Origin: Fimicolochytrium jonesii
Lineage: Eukaryota
Length of the DNA stretch: 64,000 bases
Direction of reading: 5' to 3'
NCBI RefSeq assembly: GCF_025526975.1
Contig: NW_026515695.1
Location: 124,001 to 188,000, forward strand
The notes beneath the pieces are model-generated. The model saw only the letters and a list, made by a program, of their open reading frames with translations, was not told where the DNA came from and ran no database searches. This document shows positions 13,981 through 26,154 of the stretch, piece by piece. Numbering within the stretch: position 1 is the first letter of the stretch; each line of letters begins with the position of its first letter. The position numbers and the translations under genes are program-made.

Positions 13981-15047
13981 TACAGTACGCATCATCCTCC
14001 ACCACTCTTCTGTTGCTGGACGCGCGTGTTTCGCGTTTTGCGGCGATTGCTATGTGAAAATTCGACTTCTTTGGGTAAGAGGAGACCACTTAGCTGCGCC
14101 CAAACCTGTGAACAGCGGAGAGGCGAACATGACGTGGAGGCAAATATCATCATGTACTGACTCTGAATGGCCATCGCGACATTCGGGGGCGATATTGAGG
14201 GATGTTGACATGACATTTATCGTTTGACGCGGTATGCTTACGAGACGATAATGGATGGAAAGTGCGCCGGTTAGCGCTGGGAGAGGACGCGCATGGCGGT
14301 AAGTTTACGCACAGGGCGGGTCGAAGCACTTGGCTGATGGGTCAATCGAATGGGATTTTGGCCGTCGATGGAACCGCAGGGATTCCGTAAGGTAAGCAGC
14401 CGCTTAGGCGGGCGGGGGGCGGTGGAACAGGAGCAGGAGGAGGAACCGGAGCGGGAGGAGGAGGAGTACGAGGAGGGCAGAAAGAGAAGCTGGAGCTGGA
14501 ACTGGATCTGGGGTGGGAGTGGGAGCGGGAGTAGGAGCCGAAGAGGGAGAAGGAGAAGGAGGGGGGAGTAGGGGAGGAAGTGGGAGCAGGAGAGACAGCG
14601 GCCGCGGCGGCCGCGGCAGCAAAAGGAGAGGGCAGCAGGTGCAGGAGACTGAGACTGCGCCTACTGGTGCGCCCCCCAAACGATGGTAAATGCATCCACC
14701 AGGGATTGAGGGACGACTAGCACGCGAAGATATGAACAAAGCTGTCTGCTGCCCCAGCCGCCACCGCCGCCGCAAAGGGTAAAAGGGGACAAGTGCACCG
14801 CCCAGCAAGCAGAGGCCACATCACCCCTTCAGCCACTTAGCCCAGGGAGACGCATACGTCCCCTGTTTGCGTTCAGCTGCGACGTCACAATAGGAAAGGG
14901 GAGGATACTCTCTCCCATGAGGTTCCCGAATTCAAGGCGCGACTTCCATCGCAGCGTGAGATTTATTCCAATCCGAAGCATTTCGATGCTATTCGCAGAA
15001 ACGATACACTACCTAGCAAGTAGCTACACCGCCCTTCGTTCCACAAT

Positions 15048-18000
15048 CTAAACAACAGAGTATCGAGCCCCACCAGCGGCTTCGCTCTCCATACTCGAGA
15101 TGGTAGCTTCCGTGATGATGCGCCTGATCTCGACCTTGGCTTTGTCGATGACGAGTTGCGTGTCTCCTTCGATAAACTGTGGGGTTGCAGGGAAACGAAA
15201 GAAAAGCGTAAGTTAAAATCACTGTTCAGAATAAGGAACGAACGGCAATGCGGGACGTACCAAGTACAACTTCCGCTCGCCCGGCCCCGGCTGCTTCCCC
15301 GGCGGGAAGAAGGTCCCGCGTGTAGTGATAGCCGCACCACTGAGCTCATTAATCTGCGAGATCTGCTCCTTGTTGGTGACGCGCCACCGAGCCTTCTTGG
15401 GGTAATCATTGATCTCAATCTCGTACGCAAAGGCAGCCTCCGCAGACTGTTTCTTGTCCTCGGACGCTCCTCCGAACCCGGGCAAACCGGCGTTTCCGGC
15501 TTTGGCTTTGGCGTTGATCTCGGCGATGATGTCGAGGGCCCGCGCGGTTCCGGTGGCGCCGATCGAGGCGTTGACCTTCGCGGCGGCTTCTTCGGCGGCT
15601 TTGAACCGCGGGTCGCCGCCGGTGGCGTTGGTTGCGGCTGGAGCTGCCGTTTCTCGAGGAGGGGCGGCGCCCGATGGGACGGCCTTGGCCTCGAACTTGA
15701 CTTCTTTCTCTTCCTCTTCCTCCTCTTCTTCCTCCTCGTACTGTCCACCGTGCGCCTTCTTCTGAATCCTCTTCACGATATCACGCTCTTTTTCCAACTT
15801 CTCTAGCCCTTTCCCGCCGAATCCAGAGGAGGAGAATTGGGCAGCGCCTGCTTTGACTTTCTCCATGAACGCGTCTGACAGCTTCTGGAGATCGTCCGGA
15901 ATCGGCACCTCACTCATCGTAAGGGCCTTCATGATGTCGACCGCGAACCTGTCCTGCTCAGGCGTAATAAATGTGTACGCAGTACCCTTATTTCCAGCAC
16001 GACCGGTACGCCCAACACGATGAACGTAATCCTCCATGTGGTTCGGGCACTCGTAATTAATAACAACTTTAAGTTGCTTAACGTCCAACCCACGTGCGGC
16101 GACGGACGTGGCGATCAAGATGTTTGTGTTCCCCGTTTTGTAATCAGTAATTGTGGTATCACGGTCGGCTTGATCCTTGCCTCCATGTAAAGACTGACAA
16201 GGGTAGCCTTTACGTAGAAGCTGGGTGAGCAGGTTGTCCGCCGCTTCTTGACGATCCGTGAAGATTAAGATCTTCGCCCCGTCGTCTTCGTGGAATGTCT
16301 TGCCGAGAATCTCGAGCAGTCGCAAGAACTTCGCGTTATCGTCCTGTAAGACCTCCACGATCTGCGTAACGTCCGAAGCGACAACACTGCGTCCTCCAAC
16401 CGTGATTTCCAGAGGCTTTTTCAAAATCTTCCGGGCAAGTGCTTCCATTTTCCGAGGAAAGGTTGCCGAAAACAGGATGGTTTGCCTGCTTGGCCGCACG
16501 TTGTTGACGATCCGCATGACTTGAGGTTCAAAGCCCATGTCAAACATGCGGTCGGCCTCGTCCAATACGAGATATGTCACCCTTTTCAGATTCGTGACGC
16601 GTCCGCTGTTAGCGCACAGCAAATCGATCATGCGTCCGGGCGTGCAGATAATGATCTCAGCGCCACGCTTCAGTTCAGCAATCTGATCTTTGATTGGAGA
16701 CCCGCCGTAACAGCATACTGCGCGGAGGTTCAACACCTTTGCGAAGTATTTGCATTCCTTGTGGATTTGGACTGCAAGCTCGCGAGTCGGTGTCATGATC
16801 AATGCGACAGGCCCCTCTTGGGGCTCAAGGGGTCGCTGGTCCTTGATGTGTCGGAACATGGGCAGCAGGAACGCAATCGTCTTGCCAGATCCGGTTTTGG
16901 CGATACCAATGACGTCTCTTCCACTCATGATCGCCGGTATCGCTTGGGCTTGGATTGAAGAGGGTTTCTCGTACTTGAGAACTTTACGAATGACGTCTCC
17001 CACTCCACCAGGTAATCCAAACTGCGTCCATTTCTCGATTGGCTTCGGGCATTTGACTCCACGGATCTTGATACCGTCCAGTTCTATGCGCTTCGCGTCA
17101 ACCTCCTCAGGTGTCATATCGGCGAGTTCCGGGGGCTCTATGTAGAAATCTTTCCTGAATTGCTCGTATGATTGCGTGCTATGATCTACCGGAGCGAGAT
17201 CCTTCCGTTTGGCTGCCAGTTTCTTGGCTGCTGCAGCGATCAAGTCTTCCGGTGTATCGCTCTGATCACCGTCATCCTCCGCCTGATCGTCGCCTTCAAC
17301 GACGTCCATTGGTGTCGTCGACTGGTTCTGTTGCTGAGTTTGCAAGTCTTCGTCGTTGAGTCTCTGAACTTCTGTGCTGACATCAGCCATGAAGGCGTCC
17401 AGTGTATCTTCTCCACCATCATCAGGCACGGGAGCCGTCTCTTCGGTGTCCATGTCGTCCGGTCCCGCGATGCGCAGCTTCCGGCCAGGCAACGTCGACA
17501 TCTTCGGAGTATCGTCGTCATCGTCCAAACCGAAGGCAGAGGGTCTAGAATTTACTGAGGGCCCTTTTCCGAACGAAGTCGGTTTCATCGAAATACCGAT
17601 TCTGCCCGGTTTAACAAACGAGATTTTCGGTGCTACTTTAGCCAGAGGTGCCTTCCCCGCATGAGGCTTGGCAGCGGATAAGGGCACTCGCGAAACAGGT
17701 TGAACTGGTAACGCAGAGGTTAGTCGGTGGCCAAACTTGAATACCATGGGAAGTAGATTTTCGAAAGAGTGACACATACGTTCTGCTTTCTGTGCCTCTG
17801 GCTTGACCGCCGGACTGGACACAACCGGGCTGCCCGGTGAGGCAGTTGCATTCTCCGCGCCGCCTTTCTCAGCCGCCTCTTTGGCTAGCCTTTCACGACG
17901 CCACTGCTCAATCTTTTCCCTCCGCTGTCGTAACTTTTCTTCGGCATCCGTAGCTGCAGTGGTAACCTGCACAGATGAAAAGGCGGTTATGCATGGTTGG

Positions 18001-18631
18001 AATAATTTGAGGGCGCAGCTTTCTGGGTCATTTACCTTCGACGTTCCTCCTTCGGCTTTCAGATCTTCCTTCTGTGGAGTTGGCAAAGGTAGAGTAAATC
18101 GCTGAACAGACTTGAAAGCAAATACATTTCCCAGCTCACCTTGGCGGATGACTGGGTACTTGCAAGATCTGTTCGCCCTGTTGAGTGGATCTGACCATTA
18201 CTCTGCTGCCGTTGGTCCACTCTACCGTTGTCCAACGCATCGCTCGATGGACGGTGGGAAGTTCGTCCTTCCGATCTTACCGTCTGCTCATTTTGATGTA
18301 CATCACGGCCGTTGCCGCGGGGCGGGAAACTACTTGCGGCATGTGCGCTCTCTCTGTCATCCCTCCGTTCTCTGTCTCCATCCCGATCTCGGTGTCTATC
18401 GCGAGTATCCCGGGAGTGACGGGACCGCTCTTTACTACGGTCCCGGCGGCTGGAGTCGCGATCACGTTCGGAGCGGTGGCGTTTCGATGAAGAGCGATCC
18501 TTCGAATCTCGAGCACCGTCTTTTGAGGACCTTTTGTCGGCGCCTTGGTCGTCGTCCTCGTACTTTCTTCGTTTGAATTCGGGGGATGTCTTAGAATCTG
18601 CTGAGCGAGAGCGAGAACGATGGCCAGCCAT
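15048..18631 (-). CDS. PRP5: DEAD-box pre-mRNA splicing helicase Prp5/DDX46 (multi-exon)
   Basis: RS/RD-rich N-terminus, [39 protein letters not shown]-terminal [19 protein letters not shown]-like domain. Confidence 0.95.
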
Positions 18632-18980
18632 ACTTTTCTTTACGTTTCGGGTTTTCGGGAATGATTCTCTGCTTTCTGAAGAACCTTGAGTATGTAGTAT
18701 ATATGGCGATGAAACTGTCCTTTGGCGTTGAGTGGGGCACAGTTTCCAGAAGGAAGTTCGTTGAAGAAGCGGGGAAAGTTTCCATTAAATCTCTCACTGC
18801 CACGTGACGCCGGTGCAATCTATTCGAGCACCACGCCGAGAGCGGCAGCACTTCCATCCAAGCCCAACACCAGCCCCCCGATTGCCTACAGAATATTCCC
18901 GATCGTCGCCGCTCAGCTGTCTGAAGGCTTACTCATAGTCCACTCTAGTTCCCCACTTTGTACGGCAACCACCACGGCAG

Positions 18981-19958
18981 ATGTCTCCTTCACCTTTTAA
19001 TGCCGCCACGGCACGAGAACACCTGGCCGCTATCCGCCTCGGCACCGCAGAGCCCGGCATCCACGACACAGACATTCACCTAGATTACGACCCCACCAAG
19101 ATCGTCGAGCTAGGCACCAAGCTCGTTGCAACGCAAAGTCTCGACACGATAGAGCGCCTTGCCGTCCATGAGCAGGTGCTCATCGCGGCTTTGGACGCCG
19201 GTGACGTCCCATCCGCCACAAAGCAGTTCCAGGCCTTACAACAACAATTTCCTGTGAAAAGCTCGATTCGCATGCAGAGGTTGCAGGGGTTGATCAAAGA
19301 AGCAGAGAAGGATTACGCAGGCGCGCAGGCAATCTACGAAGCCGCGGTACAGGAAGACGAAACCAACGTGACAATACACAAGCGCCTGATAGGACTGTTG
19401 GTGTCCCAGGGAAAGCGGGCCGAAGCGATCGAGAAGCTGGTGGTGTACGTGGATGCCTTCATGCAGGACGTGGAAGGATGGGCAGAATTGGCGTCACTGT
19501 ACCTGGCGGAGAACCTGATCCCACAGGCGGCGTTTTGCCTGGAGGAGATCCTGGTTCTGAGGCCGCAGAACCACCTCTACCACATTCGATACGCGGACGT
19601 GACATACACGTTGGGCAAGTTCGACGTCGCTTTAAAGCATTACTGTGCTGCGCTGGAATTATGTAGAGACAATACCCGAGCGCTGTATGGGATGAGGCTT
19701 GCATCAGACGCTGTCTTGCGCTCAAGGGCGAAAGACTCAGCCAGCTCGTCGCCTGCGACGAAACGGGGAAAGGGCGGCATGGTGGTCGTGAAAGAGAAGG
19801 ATGATGGGGAACGTGATTTTGTGACGGAGGACACGTTGCAGGCGCTGAAGAAGCTGGCAGGGGATCGGCTGGTGGACGTGTATGAGCGAAACGGGAACAG
19901 CGGGACTCGCTCGACAACGATTCTAAAGGCTTGGTTGCAGACTGGTGAACAGGCATGA
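18981..19958 (+). CDS. EMC2: ER membrane protein complex subunit 2 (TPR)
   Basis: 325-aa ORF; EQVLIAALD, FP..S.R..RL.G..EA, DAFMQDVEGWAELASLY, AAFCLEEILVLRPQN, RALYG. Confidence 0.88.
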   Translation: MSPSPFNAATAREHLAAIRLGTAEPGIHDTDIHLDYDPTKIVELGTKLVATQSLDTIERLAVHEQVLIAALDAGDVPSATKQFQALQQQFPVKSSIRMQRLQGLIKEAEKDYAGAQAIYEAAVQEDETNVTIHKRLIGLLVSQGKRAEAIEKLVVYVDAFMQDVEGWAELASLYLAENLIPQAAFCLEEILVLRPQNHLYHIRYADVTYTLGKFDVALKHYCAALELCRDNTRALYGMRLASDAVLRSRAKDSASSSPATKRGKGGMVVVKEKDDGERDFVTEDTLQALKKLAGDRLVDVYERNGNSGTRSTTILKAWLQTGEQA

Positions 19959-20062
19959 GGGGACGTGGGCATGACGAACATACAGCAGCTTGTAAATACA
20001 TGTTTGAGGCCTTTGATACATTCTCAATCACCTAACAGAGTATATCACAGATCGAAGACCCC

Positions 20063-21470
20063 TTATATATCGACGATCATCTCGTTGCCGTCTTCCATAC
20101 CGAACCTATACATAGTGACAGACCCGTCTCTGCAGCCCCACACTATACACCGCTCGCTCACGTTCCGCTGTATCCAGGACATTTCGCTAAGCCGCCTTCC
20201 AGCTCTGGAGTTCGGAAAAGGCTCGCATAGATCGACGTACTGGGCTTCTGCAATCGCCGTGAAGAAGACGCCCGGGAGAATGTGTGATGCTCGTGCAGAG
20301 TTGCCGCGAAGGAATCTGCGGCCGATACCTCTCATCTCACTTGGCAACGATGCACTGTCCTTGATGTCAAGGTACGAGTCCGTGTCGCCCAGTGTTGGCG
20401 TGGGCACTACGCCGGCTCCCATATGGGCCAACGATTCCCGATCCCAATAATCATACTGGCCGTTTTGACAAATGGCAATTAGATACTTGGGCGTAGTTTG
20501 TAAGGAATAAGTGCTGAGCGGCTGGCAGATTCGGTGAGATGTTGATCATGAGTGGGGTTTCTTCCGAATGACAACGTACCGAATGCGTTGTGGTATCTAA
20601 TCTTGTTTTCAGCTTCCCAGTCTTCATATCCCACACGTATATGGGAGGAGCAAATTCGTGCAATCCACCGCTATATACGAATTCTTCATCCACACACAGG
20701 CCCGAATTCGCAGATGGATGCTCTATGAGTATATGATAGCTATCCGGCGAAAAGAATGACCGTATATGTATTCGGGAGTCGAAATCGCAGCCCACGACGA
20801 TGAGCTCCTGCCGGGTCTCAACGAACTCTAGATGCAGCAAGTTGCCCATCTCCATGGTTCCGATGCACGTCAAGGTGCGGATGTCCCAAGCTTTGACCAG
20901 TCTATCTCTAGACCCAGTCACCAAGATGTTCCCTTTCACCCTGACGTGCATGACGTCGCTGCCGTGAGCTTGGAATGTAATCGGTGTGGTTGGCTTCTGC
21001 CATGAGCGGATCCCTTTCAGAAGCCACAAAGCTTTGGCTTTCGGATCCTTCCCGTCATTTTCGTAGTCCAATAGCTGATGACTCTGATACAGATCCACGA
21101 CGATCCTGTGCCATACCGCGGTGTTATCGGCGAGTCTTTTCCATGCTTTTGAGACGAGTTTAAGCCTCAGCACGTCGGTCCAGTGAAGATATGACGCGAT
21201 GTGCACTGCGGTCTCAATCGGAACTAATGATACGAAGTCGACGCCCTATATATGGATTGGAGTGTATCGGTCGCTAGAGATCAATATCCCAGACATCCGT
21301 AAGGCAGCGAGCAGTCGGCTTACCTTGGTATTCTGGGCATGTAAGTCAAGGGCGAGGCCGAGTTCCGACGGACGCAAGATTGGGAACAACTCTCTCAGAA
21401 AATCTGCACGCGCAGATAGCGACAGTGATGGGAAGACTGCAAGTGCATCTGAGAGCTCGGCGGGTAGCAT
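20063..21470 (-). CDS. F-box/WD40-repeat protein (3 exons)
   Basis: F-box DFVSLVPIETAVHIASYL...VSKAWKRLA followed by WD40 repeats (AHGSDV...VTGSRDRLVKAWD; IYVWD). Confidence 0.8.
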
Positions 21471-21909
21471 GAGTTTGCTGCAGACACAATAAAGTTTAAA
21501 GGTTGAGAGTGGAGGAGTGATGCATTGTAACGGGAGGGACTGGAGGCTGACTGGAGGATTGGCGGCAAACCTCTCAGAACTCCAAACCTTGCGTTGACAA
21601 CTTGACAGCAACCGACACTTTCGCAGGGTAACGCTAAGACGGACAAAGTGCCGCCTGAGGCTTGCGAGTTGCCGGCATACTACGCAGTAAAACATCAGGC
21701 ACAAAGTTTTGCCAAGCACAAAACTCGCAGGATAGATGCTTGTAACTAACCACGTAACTACGAATAGGCGCCTGCCGAAGCTAATCAAGAACAAAAGCTA
21801 TACTAGAATCGGAAAGAGCCAACTATGGACAGCAAACCTGTGGTCGCGGGCCGTCCAGAGTTTGCACCCATCTCATGGTACCTCGAGGCCCGTTTCCCGG
21901 TCGCAGCGC

Positions 21910-22794
21910 TCAACTATCCATGAAGTTAGTGACTAAAACAACCGTTCCACCACTGGTAGTGCCTATCTCGGGCCTAAACCCAGTGAACCCGGTGTGCTCC
22001 CCGAGTCGATCACGGTAGGTCAAGTGACCATCTACTCCGTCCCTCTCGCCGTCCGTCACTTCCTGAATCTGTACGAGAAACGGGACTCTCGTCTTCTCCA
22101 CGTGATCATCGGGATTCTCCTCCATTCGCTGTCGTACATGTAGTACGGCTCATCATCATCGAAGTACTTCTTGCACATCGCCTTCGAGGCAGCACTGTCA
22201 ACGAATCTTTCAGGGAAAGAGCGGCCCGGACGGAAGAAGACTTACCTGATACGATGCTTTCATGACATCGAGAACCGTTACATTTCGCCGGTTTTTTCCA
22301 CGGTGATGGATGATTATACCGGGAGCAGAGCCGAAGTGAACAACGCATTAGCTAGTTGGTGGTGATGTGGCGTTTTCGTTTCCGACGGAACTATCTCCGA
22401 GAGCTGTAAACCCGTTCTTGCGGTAGAAGCCGATATGCCGAATTTTAGTAGAACATTCGGATCCGATCCACGAAAAGCTGGGATTCTACGTGATGTGTGT
22501 CATCGGACTGAGACTGGCGCGGCCAAGCTTCTCCCGGAATAGAATGGCGTCCAATTTACGCGAAAGTCCCTTTTTCTTGACCAAGAGTTGAAACGATTTG
22601 CAGACATTTGGAATGATTCTCTTCAAGTCGCAGTAGCCAGTGTAGCCAAACACCTGCATCCAGGGTATAGGCGGGAGCCCTCCCAATGATGAATTCACGA
22701 TCTTGTAGAACAATCTGCAAGCGGGCGTGACCCGAGTCTGGACCGTCAGCGTGTTTGAAGTTTTTGTCCCAGACTTCGAGAGGGAACTGTGCAT
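21910..22794 (-). pseudogene. Degenerate F-box-domain gene
   Basis: F-box-like GLPPIPWMQVFGY...VCKSFQLLV; the downstream reading (ENATSPP...TVLDV...LGEHTGF...FMDS*) is broken by stops and frame changes. Confidence 0.45.
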
Positions 22795-23152
22795 TGTTCG
22801 CCTCCTTCGTGCTGTTGCGCTGTCGTCAGTGGTCGCTCCTGCCGCTGAGCTTCTCGGCGATCTGTGACGAACACCGGACTGTCATGACACCCTTCTGGTG
22901 AGAAGCGACGTTTGCAGTTGCATCAATGTTCCCAAGTCACGTGATTGACACAAAAACCAGCGAGATTCTGCATTAATCTCCTTAAGTTCCTACCCGCCGC
23001 GTTCCGCACATCTCCCCACATTTGACGTTTGACCACACTGCCACAGGCATTCCGGTCAGGGTGATCTGGCAAAAGTCTGCAAACCCCATGGGCAAGCGGA
23101 GCATACGGAATTCGAAGAAACCGATGTCAAGCTGGATTGCGCACTCAATAGA

Positions 23153-25189
23153 ATGGCGGACTGGAAAAATGAACCACCTTCCCTGGTCTATCTAGCGATC
23201 TTCAACCCTTCCTTGGCCCCGAAAGACGAAACAGCTCTGGAGCAAATATGTCTGTTCCACCCTAATACAACTCCACAAAACGAAAAGGCTCGTCAAGTCG
23301 GGTTAGCTCAGGCCTTGGTGAATTTCACAAGGTAGGCCGCATGTCATCCTATCCGATCCAGACTTGTTGCTGACGTCACGTTCGCCAGCACGTTTTCTCC
23401 AAATACACCTTGCGAGACGGTCCACACCCGGAAGCACCGGGTGGTTTTGCTGGAGGCAGAGAAGGGCTATTGGATGGTCATGGTATAGTCGAGGATGCGT
23501 GTTTGCAGGACAGACGCCCCAAAGCGTCACGATTTACTGAAATACGACTGTTCTTTCACAAGAAAGTCCGACTTGGTACAAGGACTCGACTGAGGGATGG
23601 GAAGAAAGTGACGGAATTTTTGGGTTCTGATATCAAGGATAGCATTTTGAAAGCTGTGCTGCGGCGATGTGCAAATACATTCAAGGTATGGTGAGTTTTG
23701 CACGTTGATGCAGCATGTTGCGCTCGAACCTCATACCTTTTGGTTGTAGTTATTCCATGGCGGATTGGATTATGTTCGTCAAAAGCGCTCCTTATCGGCT
23801 CTGCGAAACCTCCTAGAAGAATTCTATATTAGCTACCTACAACGCATAGATTTTGGATCACTCGATTTGCTATATGCTCTAAATGGTAAGGCTATGTTTG
23901 AAATTGCAGTTTTACGGCCAACCAGTCTGAACCATTGCCCACAGGTATAAATTTTGCATCATTATCGAAAACAGCTTATACCGACATCGCCTCGTTCATA
24001 CACACCTTAAGCGCAACCTTCCCCGAACTGAAGACACCAGTCTTCTTATGGCATGACCAACTAGTCTGGAATGGGCTGCAAAGTTTTGAGGAGCTCCAAA
24101 CTCTGTACTCGTATCTCACGGACCCCGCGACTGGACGCGTGTACGATGGATTGGTGAACCAGGTCAAGCGGAAAGGCGAGGTTCGTCTATCGAAACAGTC
24201 ATGCAGTCATAGAGTTTCATCTGCTCATCCACTTTGACCGGTAGCCGATCATAGCGACTCGAAGACCGAGCTTACAGCCTTCAAAGTCGGGACGGACTCG
24301 ATCAATAGCAAGCAAACTGAGACCTAATCAAAGGTTTTCTGGCTACTTGATTGGTCCAACGGATACCACTTCGGACGATGTAAATCTACATAAGACCTTC
24401 ATTGACGATAAAGAGCATGTGCTCATTGTATACCAGGTGCGTTAAATAACCACTTTTCGTCGCATCAGCCTGCAATCTCATCATTTCACCTTTTAGTACG
24501 ACGACGAATGCACTCTTGTGTTCCCTGTATTACATAGTGAGCCCTCAGGAGGAAATCTTCGGTCCGGCAGCTTCTATACTCGCTTAGCAGCGTTCTTGCA
24601 GCCGAATCTCAAAGTGCTAGTGCCACTATTGACGGAAGGTTGGGCTAAGGCAAGAAATCTGAGGTACGCAAGTACATTTCGACCACACCCCTTTGTCACT
24701 ACCTCATCCTCGGTTTAGCGAGTTTGCAGATCAGCACTTCCGATACCTTTACTACAACTCGATGAACCTTGCGTTCAAAACCTCCATTGGGATGTACAAG
24801 TCCACAGTACTAAAATCAGACCTCGTCCAGTGTCTGAACCAAATGCACGAGGATTTCGCGAGGTGAGTTTGATTGTTACATTGGCTTGTCATTGTGTAAT
24901 CTTTGCCAGTCCATGAATCTCACACGTCCCATGTTCAGCGCGTCCGGGCCAGACGCGGTCAACGAGATTTGTATGAAGACATCTTCGGAAGCGTGGATAG
25001 TAGGCAGACGGTCTGGAGACCGCGAGCTGTATCTGATATTTCCGAAGAGTGACATGGGCTTGGTCGATGTTGATGGTAAGTTGACTACCGCAGAGATGTT
25101 GGAGGTGCAGACGGGCTGAAATGATCCCTTCGATTGTAGATGAAGTCAGCAAGTTTACCATGGCGTACTTCAGTGATATACTGCAATGA
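23153..25189 (+). CDS. CCZ1: Vacuolar fusion protein Ccz1 (Mon1-Ccz1 GEF; multi-exon)
   Basis: LAIFNPSL..KDE...EQI.LFHP...NEKARQVGLAQALVNFT; FRYLYYNSMNLA; EICMKTSSEAWIVGRRSGDRELYLIF. Confidence 0.85.
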
Positions 25190-26154
25190 GGACATTCGTC
25201 GCGGTCGAATGGCAACTGCCTATGCCTCTCAGACTGCAAATAGCGATCAATGTTCTGGCTTGGAGGGTGCTCTCAATCCAGAAGCTTATGGAACCGCTCC
25301 GCGGTTCATCCATCGCCCCTCAAGGCACCCACTGAGCACGATGACATAGCCATTCCGCATATCGTGTGGAACGATCGGGTTTTGGAAGCCCTCTCTAGTC
25401 TAATCTTGGAATGTCTCCCCTCCCTCCCCATCGACCTCGAAAACGGCGTCTTCCACACTCTGACCTATAGATGCGCGCGTCGTCATTGATCAAGATTCCC
25501 ACTGCCGCGTCGTCATTGGCTGAATTTCACTCACGGCTGTCAATTTGCAACCCGTCATTTTCAAGGCATCCGTGGGCTCCTGAACTTCGGCAGTTTATCT
25601 TTTATATTTCCAAGTGAAAAAAGCAATGATGTATGTCAGAAAGGGACGGCGGAAAGAGTAGGATCCAATGAAACCCAGGACACCAAGCCAATATGACTAG
25701 GATTCATTTACAGAAGGGAGAAATAAAGGTGCAATCTATGCGAACTCAAAGGTAGCAATGGATGCAAAACTTTGGCGCGCGATCTTATGTATATGCGACA
25801 GTCGTAACCTTGTATTTGAAAGACCGCTTTATACATGTCCGGTAATGATCACACCTCACGAGTACATTCATGAATGTCTATATGGAAGACATGTCTTTCG
25901 CTCAGCTGAACGCTTCTTTCTTGTGTCGGGAGTAAGACAATGGCCGAAGAGCGGCGATACCGAAGCTTCGGAAGCCTCAATTGGCGGGACTTGGTATTCT
26001 CCTCTTCGCGCGGTATTACATGCAATCGACCACTGATTCATAGATAATAACTTCCCGCGGGTGCCAGGTTCTCGAAGCGGCGATACGATACGGCGCCACG
26101 CACGAAGTTGCCCACGCCCCCGTCACGACAACCTCTTTTTCGGAGGTCCGAGGC

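Noticed and set aside
14342..14808. Pro-rich / Glu-rich ORFs on both strands
   Set aside because: Low-complexity purine-rich tract with no recognisable domain or consistent gene structure.
15156..17664. Long antisense ORFs over PRP5 (likewise over GUT1, ERV29, the histidine kinase and pol)
   Set aside because: Shadow ORFs expected from GC-rich codon usage on the coding strand.
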